From Melioribacteraceae bacterium (GTDB lineage: Bacteria; Bacteroidota; Ignavibacteria; Ignavibacteriales; Melioribacteraceae), in the NCBI GenBank assembly GCA_015493615.1, contig WGCV01000010.1, forward strand, positions 28,836 through 92,835: 64,000 bases of DNA, given 5' to 3'. Within the stretch, counting starts at the first letter, position 1, and every line of letters begins with the position of its first letter. Below the pieces are notes generated by a model that did not search any database, was not told where the DNA came from, and worked only from the letters and a program-made list of their open reading frames with translations. Shown in pieces: positions 44,357 through 54,921 of the stretch. A program made the translations under genes and the position numbers.

Positions 44357-45516
44357 CTCCGTTGATTTTTTAATAATGAAATTATTTCCGGAAAATCTTT
44401 CTCAAGATTCAATTCTCTCAGATACTCTGTGTCGATTTTTGCTATCTCAGCAGCTGCGTTTGCTACATATAGAGCAACCGGAAGCATATTTTTCGATTCC
44501 TTAATTTTTTCGGGATTGTGGTGAAAAGCAACCGCCTCAACAATGTCGTACGGCATTCCCCAGAGACTAAGCAAATATGCTCCGACCTCGGCATGTGTAA
44601 CGCCAAGCGTTGATTTTTCAACCGTAAGCAAATCCTCGGTTCCGGTAACATATTCTTCCAAGATTTTCCCGCTCAATTCTTCAGAAGAAAATATTATTAC
44701 TTTCCCGATGTCGTGAAACATTCCGGCGAGAAAAGCTTTTTCTTCGTTTTCTTTCCCTGCCGTTTTTAAAGCGGCGTACTTCTTTGCCCCCATCGCAACC
44801 GTAAGACTGTGTCTTTGAATATGAGCCAGCAAAAACTCAAGGGATTTCTTTTTCCCGAGGGAGTTGAAAATCTTAAATGTAAGGACTAATGTTTTGATTG
44901 TTTCAACGCCTATCAGAATAACCGCTTCAAAAATTGAGTTTATATTTCTTCTTACAGTGAAAAAACCTGAATTTACAATTCTTAAAATTTTTGCCGACAT
45001 CGCTAAATCTTTCTCTATTAATCCCGCTATTTTTTTAATTGAAAAATCCGGCTTTATCAGTTCGTCGGTAATCTGCAAATAAATTTCCGGAAGCGACGGA
45101 AGAGATTCTACTTTTGCGATTGTCTTTTTCAGTTCTTTGTTTTCCAAAATAGATTGAACATAAAAACCTTGCTCTATTTTCTTTTTTAATTCATCCGGAG
45201 AAAAAGGTTTGCTTAGGAAATAGTGGGCAAAGTTAAGCGAGTTAAACAGTTTCTCCTTTTTAGTTTCATCCGTAAATATTATTCTGATTATCGATGAATT
45301 TATTTCCTTTACTTTTTTAAGGAGCGGTTTCCCGTCGTCGGCGAGAACAAGCAGCTCCGAAACAACCACGTCAATTTTTTCTTCACCGATTAATCGTAGA
45401 GCCTCTTCGGAATCGGTTGTGAAAAACATTTCCCATTCGTCCCTGAACGAGCGTAGCGTTCTTTTGATTCCGTTAAGCACATTTGTCTCTTCATCTACAA
45501 AAATTACTTTTAACAT
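44353..45516 (-). CDS. Pseudo-receiver + HDOD-domain signalling protein
   Basis: The CheY-like N-terminus has FVDEE and Glu at the phospho-acceptor position (VVVSELLV). The HDOD-type region contains MFHDIGKVII and AFHHNPE. Confidence 0.65.
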   Translation of the reverse strand: MLKVIFVDEETNVLNGIKRTLRSFRDEWEMFFTTDSEEALRLIGEEKIDVVVSELLVLADDGKPLLKKVKEINSSIIRIIFTDETKKEKLFNSLNFAHYFLSKPFSPDELKKKIEQGFYVQSILENKELKKTIAKVESLPSLPEIYLQITDELIKPDFSIKKIAGLIEKDLAMSAKILRIVNSGFFTVRRNINSIFEAVILIGVETIKTLVLTFKIFNSLGKKKSLEFLLAHIQRHSLTVAMGAKKYAALKTAGKENEEKAFLAGMFHDIGKVIIFSSEELSGKILEEYVTGTEDLLTVEKSTLGVTHAEVGAYLLSLWGMPYDIVEAVAFHHNPEKIKESKNMLPVALYVANAAAEIAKIDTEYLRELNLEKDFPEIISLLKNQRS

Positions 45517-48500
45517 TTACTTATCCTCCCTATTTTCTAACGGTAATTTGATTATGAACATGCTTCCTTTTCCAAGAGTTGATTCAACTTTTAGTATTCC
45601 CTTATGCTTGTTCACTATTATGTCATGAGCAATCGCCAATCCTTGTCCGGTACCTTTGCCTACTTCCTTTGTAGTAAAAAAAGGATCGAAAATTTTATCT
45701 AAATTCTCTTTCGGTATTCCAGTACCGGTGTCGGAAATTTTAATAATTGCGTAGTTGTCATCGTGTTCGGTAGTAATTAAAATTTTACCTTTTTTCTCTG
45801 GACGAGAGCCTAATTTTTCTGCTATTGCCTGCGCCGCATTTACCGTAATGTTAAGCAATACCTGATTTATTTCATCAATAACGCATTTTACCGGCGGGAG
45901 ATTTTCATCGAGCGCCAGCTCCATCTCAGCTGCGTATTTCCATTCATTTCGTGAAATCATAACCGTACTTTCGATGCTTTTATTCAAGTCTGCAAAAACT
46001 TTTTCTTTAGCGCCCTCGTGCGAAAACTCCTTAACGGCTTTTACAATTTTAGAAACTCTGTCAATCCCTTCGAGCGTCTGCTCGATTGCCGCCGGCACCT
46101 CTTCCATCAGAAAATCGAAGTCGTGCTCCTTCTCTTTGTCTCTTATAAAACCGGTAAGTTCAGTGATTTTATGTTCGGAATTTTCCTCTAATTTTTCATT
46201 CAGCTCCTTAATGAAGGATATAATAGACTCAAAACTTTCTTTTAGAAAATTGGTGTTATCACCGATAAACTGCATCGGCGTATTTATTTCGTGAGCGATT
46301 CCGGCTGCAAGCTCTCCGATAGCCTCCATTTTTCTCATTAAGGCGAGCTGATTCTCAACTTGCAGTTTTTCGGTAATGTCTTCCTTGATGGCGATATAAT
46401 TTACGATTCTTCCGTTTTTATTTTTTACCGGCGAGATTATTGCGCTTTCCCAAAAATAAGAACCTTCTTTTCTTTTATTCTTAAAAATTCCACGCCAAGT
46501 TTTTCCGGATGTAATCGTTTCCCAAAGCTCTTTGTATTCTTCATCCGTGGTATATCCCGATTTTAAAATTCTGGGATTTTCCCCGATTACTTCATTTTCA
46601 TTGTAACCTGTTATTTTTTCAAATGCAGGATTAACATATTCGATATTTCCCGATACATCGGTAATCACAATACTGCTTTCACTCTGCTCAACAGCTTGAA
46701 TAAATTTTTTCATTTGAAGCGAGGTTTTCTCTTTTTCTTCAGCTTCTAAAAATTGCATATAGGAGTTGCTTAGTATCTCGGAAAGAAGCTGCAGAAGAAC
46801 TATAATTTCATTTTCAAGAGAGATTTTTTTATCGGTAAATTCCAGTAATATTATTCCGGAAAACTCTCCTTTAACGTAGGAGGCAATTACAACGGCGCTT
46901 CGGGCGTTTCTGGCTCTTAACAAAACTTTTTCAAGTTTATCGGAGTTTTCCGAATTTACAACTGCAACTCCTTTTTTCATCAGTTCATTTAGAAGGGTTG
47001 AAAATTTTCTTAACGGAATATTTTTTAACGATTGAATCAGGGAGTCCGCATTTTCGGCGGTCCATTCGTATAAACATGTAAGGTCGTGTTTTTCCTTGGA
47101 AATAATAAAGAAAGAAGCTCTCGAAGCTCCGAAAAATTCTCCCGCTCTCTTCAACGAATTCTGAAAAGCGTTTGAAAAATTCTGCAATCCTTCATGTAAA
47201 AACAGTGATGAAATTCCCGAAATAATTTTCTCAAAATCAGCTTTGTACTTCAAAAGTTGTTCGTCATATTTTCGCTGTGAAATATCGGAAATAAAGAAAG
47301 TGAAAAAGCGTTTATTGTTCGAGATCCAGCTTCCCAAACTATATTCCGCAAAGAAAAAATCACCTCCTTTTTTTATTCCTTTTATCTCGAGATTGGTTAG
47401 TTCGGATTCATCTTGAGCTTCCGATAAATAACCGATTAACGGTTTCTGTTTATCCTTAAAATCGAGAATATTAAAAATCGATAATTTTTTAAGTTCATTT
47501 GAATCGTAACCGAAAATTACAGACGCAAAATTATTCGATTCAACTACGCGCCCTTTATCATCTGTAATTATTATTGCAACCGATGCAAATTGGATTATTG
47601 ATCTGAACTTGTATTCACTTTCCTTAATTATCAGCGCAGACGTTCGTCGGAATAGATAATCCTTAAGCTTGTTCACAGTTTCGCTTAGCAAATTCAATAA
47701 ATTTTCGCCAAATGCGGGAACTTCCCTGTCAGTTTTCCCCGCTTCGAGATAAAATATTTTGGAGCCGGGAGCTTCAATTCTTTCGGCGAAGAGAAGATTT
47801 TTATTTATGTAATTCGGAGATGAAAAATCTATGTTTTTACTTCTTAACCTCGCCCAATATCGTTTCCCGAGGACTTTATGCAGAAGCCCGATTATTTCCG
47901 TGAAAACCTCGTCTTCCGGACGGTTTGTGTTCGCGGTAATATTGGAGATTCGGTGCAGCGCATCAAATACTTCGGCTAGCGTTCGTGAATTATTTTCGCT
48001 GACAATAAGTTCTTCCTTTGTCGCAATTATCTTAATTACGAAAGCAATTCTATCGGCAATAAATTCAAGGAAATTTTTTTCCATATCGGAAAAAGGAACG
48101 TTCTCTCCATACCTCTGCATTACAATTGCGCCCCACACTTTTCCGTCCACAATTATCGGTATTCCCGCCCAATACTCCGGAATTTCTCCAATAATATCAA
48201 TTTCACCGAGTTTATTCAGTTTTAGGATATCTTCTCTTGAGGCGATTACTGATTGTTTTGTTCGTATTATATATTCGGTAAGCCCCCGTTTAAATTCCCT
48301 TGTTTTGGGGGATTCGTCTTTTTCATCGTAAAATAAAACAAAATTAAGCTTTTTCTCATCTTCAATTTTTACCAGATAATAATTACTTACGAAAATAATT
48401 TTAGAAAAAATTTCCGTTATAAAAGGATAAAAATCTTCGATAGTTTCAGCGCCAAGGAGGCTTTTGGTTAGAATTTGAATTGTGTCTTTAAACTTTTTGT

Positions 48501-48927
48501 CCGAAATTTCTTTATCCGCATTTGTTATTTCGGAAAATAACGCGACAAGATTTCCTTGGCGATCATAAATCTTGCTTACTTTTTCTTTTACGTAGATCGA
48601 TTTATTGGAGCCGGTAATCAATCGGTAGTATGATAAGTCGGTTGCGTGGATTTTTTTATCGGATGAAAATTTTTTTATTTCTTCCTTGTAACGCTCGACT
48701 TCGTTTGCGGGAAGAAGATTTACAAAAGGCTTTTCCCCGCTAAGAATTTCATCGCGGCTTAATGCCAACTTCTTTTCTATATTTGGAGAAATGTATATTG
48801 TTTCAAGTTCGCTATTGGGAATAATAACTTTAATTAAAATGTCGGACATTTCATAAATGTTATCGAGCGTAGTTGTTTCAACGTTCAAGTATTTTTTTAA
48901 CAATTTATTATTCTTAATCCGAGTCAT
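45517..48927 (-). CDS. Cytoplasmic multi-sensor (PAS/GAF/PAS) histidine kinase
   Basis: H-box [15 protein letters not shown]. HATPase boxes [25 protein letters not shown]. Several PAS-like and GAF-like segments. 1136 aa, no TM segment. Confidence 0.85.
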   Translation of the reverse strand: MTRIKNNKLLKKYLNVETTTLDNIYEMSDILIKVIIPNSELETIYISPNIEKKLALSRDEILSGEKPFVNLLPANEVERYKEEIKKFSSDKKIHATDLSYYRLITGSNKSIYVKEKVSKIYDRQGNLVALFSEITNADKEISDKKFKDTIQILTKSLLGAETIEDFYPFITEIFSKIIFVSNYYLVKIEDEKKLNFVLFYDEKDESPKTREFKRGLTEYIIRTKQSVIASREDILKLNKLGEIDIIGEIPEYWAGIPIIVDGKVWGAIVMQRYGENVPFSDMEKNFLEFIADRIAFVIKIIATKEELIVSENNSRTLAEVFDALHRISNITANTNRPEDEVFTEIIGLLHKVLGKRYWARLRSKNIDFSSPNYINKNLLFAERIEAPGSKIFYLEAGKTDREVPAFGENLLNLLSETVNKLKDYLFRRTSALIIKESEYKFRSIIQFASVAIIITDDKGRVVESNNFASVIFGYDSNELKKLSIFNILDFKDKQKPLIGYLSEAQDESELTNLEIKGIKKGGDFFFAEYSLGSWISNNKRFFTFFISDISQRKYDEQLLKYKADFEKIISGISSLFLHEGLQNFSNAFQNSLKRAGEFFGASRASFFIISKEKHDLTCLYEWTAENADSLIQSLKNIPLRKFSTLLNELMKKGVAVVNSENSDKLEKVLLRARNARSAVVIASYVKGEFSGIILLEFTDKKISLENEIIVLLQLLSEILSNSYMQFLEAEEKEKTSLQMKKFIQAVEQSESSIVITDVSGNIEYVNPAFEKITGYNENEVIGENPRILKSGYTTDEEYKELWETITSGKTWRGIFKNKRKEGSYFWESAIISPVKNKNGRIVNYIAIKEDITEKLQVENQLALMRKMEAIGELAAGIAHEINTPMQFIGDNTNFLKESFESIISFIKELNEKLEENSEHKITELTGFIRDKEKEHDFDFLMEEVPAAIEQTLEGIDRVSKIVKAVKEFSHEGAKEKVFADLNKSIESTVMISRNEWKYAAEMELALDENLPPVKCVIDEINQVLLNITVNAAQAIAEKLGSRPEKKGKILITTEHDDNYAIIKISDTGTGIPKENLDKIFDPFFTTKEVGKGTGQGLAIAHDIIVNKHKGILKVESTLGKGSMFIIKLPLENREDK

Positions 48928-49091
48928 TTTTTTACTCTCTTTCTTAAGATTATTATCGAAAATTAATATTTAAAATTCACTATTTTTTATGCAAAAAACG
49001 TTTGTTCAAAAGAGTTATTTGTGACTGCCATTACACGTAATTAAAAAAATATTTCTATATTATTTTTTTTAATTTAAAATATTGAGACCGA

Positions 49092-49316
49092 ATGAAAATA
49101 GAATTTGAAGAAAAGCTCTGTCAAGAAAATAGATGCACCGTTGATCCTATCTTAAAAGTTTGCCCCAAATGTTTCCGGACTCTCGAAGAAATTGACTTCT
49201 GGGATGAATATTCCTACGTGGACAAATTAATGATTTTTCGAGCGACGCAAAAAAGAAGACGGCTCCACCAAGAATTTGAGGATTCCCTTTCTCAGGACTT
49301 AAGTATTATTATATGA
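49092..49316 (+). CDS. DUF1289-family small Cys-rich protein
   Basis: CQENRCTVDPILKVCPKCFRTLEEIDFW matches the DUF1289 pattern (C..C..C.GC.RT..EI..W). Confidence 0.6.
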   Translation: MKIEFEEKLCQENRCTVDPILKVCPKCFRTLEEIDFWDEYSYVDKLMIFRATQKRRRLHQEFEDSLSQDLSIII

Positions 49317-49840
49317 TTGAAAAGGGATACATACAAGTTTACACCGGAAACGGAAAAGGAAAAACTTCCGCGGCAATCGGTATCTCCGTAAGAGCAGCAG
49401 GCGCGGGCTTAAAAACTTACTTTGTTCAATTCATGAAAGTTTTTCCATACAGCGAAATTGAAAGTCTGAAACAACTCTCCGAATTTATTGAAGTTGAGCA
49501 GTTTGGTAAAGATGATTTTATATTTCGTAAGGAAGAGCCGAATGAAGAAGAAAAAAAAGAGGCAAAGCAGGGACTGGTACGAGCCGAAGAAAAAATGCTC
49601 TCGGGTGAATTTGACTTGGTTATTCTCGATGAGATTTGCGTTTCAATCTATTTTAAGCTTTTTGCGATAGAACAAGTCTTATCCTTTATCGAAAAAAAAC
49701 CGGATAAGGTTGAACTTATTTTAACAGGTCGATATTGTCCCGAAGCAATTTTAGAAAAAGCAGATTTGATAAGCAACATTGAGGAAGTAAAACATTATTA
49801 CACCCAAGGCGTTCTTTCCCGCAAAGGAATTGACTCCTAA
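49313..49840 (+). CDS. cobO: Cob(I)yrinic acid a,c-diamide adenosyltransferase (CobO/BtuR type)
   Basis: GYIQVYTGNGKGKTSAAIGISVRAAGAG (P-loop) and FDLVILDE. 175 aa. Confidence 0.85.
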   Translation: MIEKGYIQVYTGNGKGKTSAAIGISVRAAGAGLKTYFVQFMKVFPYSEIESLKQLSEFIEVEQFGKDDFIFRKEEPNEEEKKEAKQGLVRAEEKMLSGEFDLVILDEICVSIYFKLFAIEQVLSFIEKKPDKVELILTGRYCPEAILEKADLISNIEEVKHYYTQGVLSRKGIDS

Positions 49841-50952
49841 TTTTTAAGCTCCGGATACCACTCCTTAACCTTTTTAATAAAATGTTCAGCCGAATTTTCC
49901 CACTTAAATTTTGCCGCCCACTTTTTTGCGTTTTCGCCTAGTTTGTTTCGCAATTTGTCATCTTCTATCAGTGCAATAATCTTTTTAGCGACTTCCGTTT
50001 TATCATTGGAATTCACAAGCAAGCCTGTCTCGCGATCGACGATTGAATCCCTCAAACCTTCAACATCGGCTCCCACAACCGGAGTTCCCATTGCGTTTGC
50101 TTCAATCACGGTAATTCCCCAGCCTTCTTTAGCAGGAAGCGTAACAAAAATCCACGCTTTCCCCAGTTCTTCAGCTTTCTCTTTTTCAGTCAAAAATCCG
50201 AGGAAAGTTACATGTTCGGTTAATTTCTTCTTTCCAACATATTCCGTCAATTCTTTCAGATGATCTCCTTTTCCGCCAATTCTAAGTTCAAGATTCGGGA
50301 ACTCCGGAAGGAGTAAATCGAGCGTATCAACAATTTTTTCCAACTGCTTGTATTTTTTTATTCTCCCGATATATGCGATTGTAGGATGCTCTGATTTTTC
50401 TACGTGAACATTTTCAAAAAGCTCGTGATTAACCGCATTGTAGAGTAAATCAATTTTTTCAGGGGAGCACCCCATTAAAATCAGTTCGTTTCTTGTGCTT
50501 GGAGAAACGGCAAAAATCGGAGTGTTTCGATAAACTTCCGGAATTTTCTTCTCCTTTGAAATTATGTAATATGCCATTGGAGCGGGAATTTCCTGGTAAA
50601 GGGAATTACCGTGAATGTGGTGAATTATCCCGACTAAAGGTTTTTTAACGTAATTCGGTGTGCCGAGGGGAATTTTGGAAATGTCGTCAACAACCAAATC
50701 GTAATTTTCATTTTTCAGTTTGGTTTTGTAGAGTCTTTTAAACTGCTTATCGAATAAATATTTATTGCCGTGGCGTATTATTTTAATCCCGTCGATTACT
50801 TCGCGTTCAGGCGCTCCGGAAAATGCATGCGCAACAAGTGTTACGTCATTACCGGCTTTCACAATATTCTTAAAAATTTCGTGCATGTGAACTTCAGCCC
50901 CGCCCGCTTCGGGATTTTTAATGCAGCGCCAATTGACGACAAGAATTTTCAT
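49837..50952 (-). CDS. Glycosyltransferase family 4
   Basis: MKILVVNW...GGAEVH N-terminus and EGWGITVIEANAMGTPVVGADVEGLRDSI (E-x7-E region). Confidence 0.8.
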   Translation of the reverse strand: MKILVVNWRCIKNPEAGGAEVHMHEIFKNIVKAGNDVTLVAHAFSGAPEREVIDGIKIIRHGNKYLFDKQFKRLYKTKLKNENYDLVVDDISKIPLGTPNYVKKPLVGIIHHIHGNSLYQEIPAPMAYYIISKEKKIPEVYRNTPIFAVSPSTRNELILMGCSPEKIDLLYNAVNHELFENVHVEKSEHPTIAYIGRIKKYKQLEKIVDTLDLLLPEFPNLELRIGGKGDHLKELTEYVGKKKLTEHVTFLGFLTEKEKAEELGKAWIFVTLPAKEGWGITVIEANAMGTPVVGADVEGLRDSIVDRETGLLVNSNDKTEVAKKIIALIEDDKLRNKLGENAKKWAAKFKWENSAEHFIKKVKEWYPELKN

Positions 50953-51010
50953 TCGATTTTCTCAACTAAATATTAACTTGATATTATAATTAAAAATATT
51001 TGAACCGATT

Positions 51011-51649
51011 ATGCAATTATACAAAAAGTTTAATCCTCTCGTATCTATAATTTTGCCTGCATTTAACCGCGCAGCTCTACTGCCCCGAGCAATTGGGTCG
51101 GTATTTCAGCAGACCGAAAAGAATTTTGAGCTTATTGTGATTGACGACGGAAGTACTGATAACACATTTGATGTTATTAACAGTTACATCAAATCTAATG
51201 AAAATATCCGTTATGTTAAACAGCAGAATATGAAACTTCCTATCGCTTTAAATGTGGGAATTAAATTCTCGGCAGGAAAATATATTACTTTTCTCGGAAG
51301 CGACGATGAATATAAACCTGAGCATATAAGATTAAGAGCGGAATATTTGGAGCGGCATCCCGGAACGGATTTGTTGCACGGCGGAGTGGAAATTGTCGGG
51401 AATAAATTTGTTAAGGATAAAAATGATTTATCTAAAATGATTAAAATTGAAGATTGCGCGGTAGGCGGAACTTTTTTCGGAAAGCGCGAAGTTTTTATCG
51501 AGCTTAACGGGTTTAAGGATATTCCGTATAGCGAGGATTCTGAATTTTTAGAAAGAGCGGGAAAAATGTTTAAAATTGAAAAATACGATAAACATAAAAC
51601 TTACGTTTATTACAGAGATTCCGAAGACAGCATTTGCAACACAATTTGA
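51011..51649 (+). CDS. Glycosyltransferase family 2
   Basis: VSIILPAFNRAALLPRAIGSVFQQTEKNFELIVIDDGSTDNT. Confidence 0.85.
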   Translation: MQLYKKFNPLVSIILPAFNRAALLPRAIGSVFQQTEKNFELIVIDDGSTDNTFDVINSYIKSNENIRYVKQQNMKLPIALNVGIKFSAGKYITFLGSDDEYKPEHIRLRAEYLERHPGTDLLHGGVEIVGNKFVKDKNDLSKMIKIEDCAVGGTFFGKREVFIELNGFKDIPYSEDSEFLERAGKMFKIEKYDKHKTYVYYRDSEDSICNTI

Positions 51650-51695
51650 GTAATTTTGAGGGACAATTTTCACCTTTTTAAATTATTTTTACAGC

Positions 51696-52988
51696 ATGAA
51701 ACAAATACTAAAGCTCGCAGTCCCGAACATACTGACCAACCTCTCCGTTCCGCTTCTCAGTTCGGTTGATACCGCCGTGGTAGGTCATCTTGATAAAATC
51801 AGCTATCTTGGCGCGATTGCTATCGGATCGATGATTTTTAATTTTATTTACTGGGGATTCGGGTTCCTGAGAATGGGAACAACCGGAATGACGGCAATTG
51901 GTTTCGGGAAAAACGATAATACGGAAACCGCTTCAATCAGCGGAAGAGCTATGGTTATTGCCATTGTCGCGGGCATTTTTCTTATTTTGTTAAGAACGCC
52001 GATAAATGATTTGAGTTTTTACCTTGTAAACGCTTCTCCCGAAGTTGAAAAATATGCCTCGCAATATTTTTATATCCGTATTTTTGCAGCCCCCGCAACG
52101 CTTGCGATTTACGTTTTTCACGGCTGGTTTCTTGGGATGCAGAATGCGAAATATCCTCTTATTTTACTTGTTACCGTAAATACGCTTAATATTTTATTCA
52201 ATCTCCTTTTTATTTATCAATTCGGAATGAAATCTGACGGAGTAGCTTGGGGGACGCTTGTCGCTCAATATTCCGGACTGCTTCTTGCTGTATTTCTTTA
52301 TTTGAAAAAATATTCCTCTCAACTCAGGTTTTTCAAATTTGAGAGCATTTTTCACATAGAAGAATTAAAACGGTTTTTTAAAATCAACACCGATATTTTC
52401 TTTCGTACTTTAGCTTTGATTTTTACGCTTAGTTTCTTCACTGCGGAATCAGCGCAATTCGGCGACAATGTTCTGGCTGCAAATACAATACTGCTCCAAC
52501 TTTGGATTTTCCTCTCTTACGCTGTTGACGGATTTGCTTTCGCCGGGGAATCGCTTGTAGGAAAATATAAAGGCGAGAAAAATCAGGCTATGCTTAAAAC
52601 AGTTGTAAAAAAATTATTCTTATCGGGATTTATCATCGCAATATTTTTTACGCTTGTATATCTCTTATGGGAAAAACAAATTCTCTATCTTTTCACGAAC
52701 GATAAAGCGGTGGTAGAACTTGCCGTTACATATTTCCTCTGGACAGCTTTAACTCCGGTAATCAACAGCATCAGCTTTCTCTGGGACGGAATTTACATCG
52801 GAGCGACGGCTACAGCCCCGATGCGCAACACAATGATTTTCAGCGCTGTTTTTATTTTTCTTCCCACTTACTATTTATTTAAAGACTCTATCGGTAACGA
52901 GGCGCTTTGGCTTGCTATGGTATTGTTCATGATTGCGCGCGCAATCGGTTTAACTTTAACCTCAAAGAAATATATCTTTAATATTTAA
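51696..52988 (+). CDS. MATE-family efflux transporter
   Basis: 12-TM profile. N-terminal LAVPNILTNLSVPLLSSVDTAVVGHL. 430 aa. Confidence 0.8.
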   Translation: MKQILKLAVPNILTNLSVPLLSSVDTAVVGHLDKISYLGAIAIGSMIFNFIYWGFGFLRMGTTGMTAIGFGKNDNTETASISGRAMVIAIVAGIFLILLRTPINDLSFYLVNASPEVEKYASQYFYIRIFAAPATLAIYVFHGWFLGMQNAKYPLILLVTVNTLNILFNLLFIYQFGMKSDGVAWGTLVAQYSGLLLAVFLYLKKYSSQLRFFKFESIFHIEELKRFFKINTDIFFRTLALIFTLSFFTAESAQFGDNVLAANTILLQLWIFLSYAVDGFAFAGESLVGKYKGEKNQAMLKTVVKKLFLSGFIIAIFFTLVYLLWEKQILYLFTNDKAVVELAVTYFLWTALTPVINSISFLWDGIYIGATATAPMRNTMIFSAVFIFLPTYYLFKDSIGNEALWLAMVLFMIARAIGLTLTSKKYIFNI

Positions 52989-53120
52989 GTAAGGTTTAAT
53001 CTTCGAGTTTTTAGTTTTGCGCGAATATTAATATTCCCTTTTTTTCTTATATTAATTTTATCGGAAATGAAAATTTTGTTATTTATCTTTTTTGATAAAA
53101 ATGCATGAGGGAAAATAAAA

Positions 53121-54002
53121 ATGGGATATTTTATTAGCGCGGAAAAAATTTATGATAAGATTTACTTCATTAGAGGGAAGCATGTAATGTTAGACGAAGA
53201 TTTAGCTATAATTTATGGAGTAGAAACAAAATATCTTAACAGAGCGGTCAAAAGAAATATTGAACGTTTTCCGGAAAAATTTCGTTTTCAATTATCGTCT
53301 AAAGAGTATAAAATTTTGAGGTTCCAAATTGGCACCACAAAAAAGGAAGGCAGAGGCGGCAGACAATATTTCCCCTATGTATTTACTGAACAAGGAGTCT
53401 CTATGCTCTCAGCTGTTTTAAGAAGTGAAACGGCTGTTAATGTAAGCATTCAAATAATGGATGCTTTTGTGGAAATGAGGAAGTTTTTAAATAATAATGC
53501 AAGATTGTTCCAACAAATAGAAAATATTGAAACAAAACTGTTGACATATCAAATAAAAACGGATAAAAAAATAGACTTACTTTTTGAAGCCATTAGTGAA
53601 AAAAGTTTAACCCCTTCTCATGGAGTATTTTTTAACGGACAAATTTTTGACGCTTACAAACTGACTTCCGACATAATCAGAAAAGCAAAAAAAACGATTA
53701 TTCTTATTGATAATTATATTGACGAAACCGTGCTTTTTCTTTTTACGAAAAGGAGAAATAAAGTTAAAACTACAATTTATACGAAAAGTATTTCGAAAAC
53801 GCTAATGCTGGACTTAGAGAAATTCAATTCACAATACGAGCCGATTGAGATTAAAAAATTGAAACATTCTCACGACAGATTCTTAATCATCGACGAAAAA
53901 ACGATCTATCATTTTGGAGCGTCGTTAAAGGATTTAGGCAAACAGTGGTTTGCATTTTCAAAGTTAAAAATAGACCCGAAAATTATAATTGAGAAATTAT
54001 AA
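53121..54002 (+). CDS. ORF6N (KilA-N-related) DNA-binding domain protein with a shared PLD-like C-terminal module
   Basis: IYFIRGKHVMLDEDLAIIYGVETKYLNRAVKRNIERFPEKFRFQLS is the ORF6N signature. The C-terminal 127 aa are nearly identical to those of the next gene. Confidence 0.7.
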   Translation: MGYFISAEKIYDKIYFIRGKHVMLDEDLAIIYGVETKYLNRAVKRNIERFPEKFRFQLSSKEYKILRFQIGTTKKEGRGGRQYFPYVFTEQGVSMLSAVLRSETAVNVSIQIMDAFVEMRKFLNNNARLFQQIENIETKLLTYQIKTDKKIDLLFEAISEKSLTPSHGVFFNGQIFDAYKLTSDIIRKAKKTIILIDNYIDETVLFLFTKRRNKVKTTIYTKSISKTLMLDLEKFNSQYEPIEIKKLKHSHDRFLIIDEKTIYHFGASLKDLGKQWFAFSKLKIDPKIIIEKL

Positions 54003-54063
54003 GATTTAAAATTTTCCTTGTTTCAAAAAATCTTTTATTAAAAAATCAATTAAATTAAAAAGA

Positions 54064-54918
54064 GTGTCAAATATGAAAAATGAAATAGTTGTTTTTCAAT
54101 CTGAAAATAGTCCAATCAAATTAGAAGTTCGAGTGGAAGATGAAACTATTTGGTTAACTCAAAATCAGATTGTTGAATTATTTGAAAGCAGCAAAGCAAA
54201 TATTAGCGAGCATATCAAAAATATTTTTTTGACGGGAGAACTCAATCACGACGCAACTGTTCGGAAATTCCGAACAGTTCAAAAAGAGGGGAACAGAACA
54301 GTCGCAAGAAACATAACATATTACAACCTTGATATTATTATCTCGGTTGGTTATCGAGTGAATTCTATCAGGGGCACACAATTTCGTATCTGGGCGAATA
54401 AAATACTGAAAGAATATTTATTGAAGGGGTATTCATTAAATAGAAGAATTGGGCATATTGAAAGTAATGTAAAAAAACTTAACGACAAAGTTGAACAGAT
54501 TGATCTGAGAATTAATTCAAGTTCACTCCCTAATCAAGGAGTATTTTTTAACGGGCAAATCTTTGACGCTTACAAACTGACTTCCGACATAATCAGAAAA
54601 GCAAAAAAATCGATTATTCTTATTGATAATTATATTGACGAAACCGTGCTTTTTCTTTTTACGAAAAGGAGAAAGAAAGTTAAAACTACAATTTATACGA
54701 AAAGTATTTCGAAAACGCTAATGCTGGACTTAGATAAATTCAATTCACAATACGAGCCGATTGAGATTAAAAAATTGAGACAGTCTCACGACAGATTCTT
54801 AATCATCGACGAAAAAACGATCTATCATTTCGGCGCATCGTTAAAGGATTTAGGCAAACAGTGGTTTGCATTTTCAAAGTTAAAAATAGACCCGAAAATT
54901 ATTATTGAGAAATTATGA
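54064..54918 (+). CDS. RhuM-family N-terminal domain protein with the same PLD-like C-terminal module
   Basis: IWLTQNQIVELFESSKANISEHIKNIF...TVRKFRTVQKEGNRTVARNITYYNLDIIISVGYRVNSIRGTQFRIWA is RhuM-like. GTG start (an ATG at 54073 is also possible). Confidence 0.7.
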   Translation: MSNMKNEIVVFQSENSPIKLEVRVEDETIWLTQNQIVELFESSKANISEHIKNIFLTGELNHDATVRKFRTVQKEGNRTVARNITYYNLDIIISVGYRVNSIRGTQFRIWANKILKEYLLKGYSLNRRIGHIESNVKKLNDKVEQIDLRINSSSLPNQGVFFNGQIFDAYKLTSDIIRKAKKSIILIDNYIDETVLFLFTKRRKKVKTTIYTKSISKTLMLDLDKFNSQYEPIEIKKLRQSHDRFLIIDEKTIYHFGASLKDLGKQWFAFSKLKIDPKIIIEKL

Positions 54919-54921
54919 ATA

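Noticed and set aside
47831-48331. A 166-aa plus-strand ORF, and similar ORFs (43851-44210, 45974-46294, 18579-18953), antisense to signalling genes.
   Set aside because: They are embedded in long genes with unambiguous kinase or receiver motifs. They are Ser/Ile/Phe-rich, as expected from reading AT-rich coding DNA backwards.
48928-49091. Looked for a cobalamin riboswitch upstream of the DUF1289/cobO pair.
   Set aside because: The gap is only ~160 nt and extremely AT-rich. I could not find a B12-box-like element or the expected multi-stem structure.
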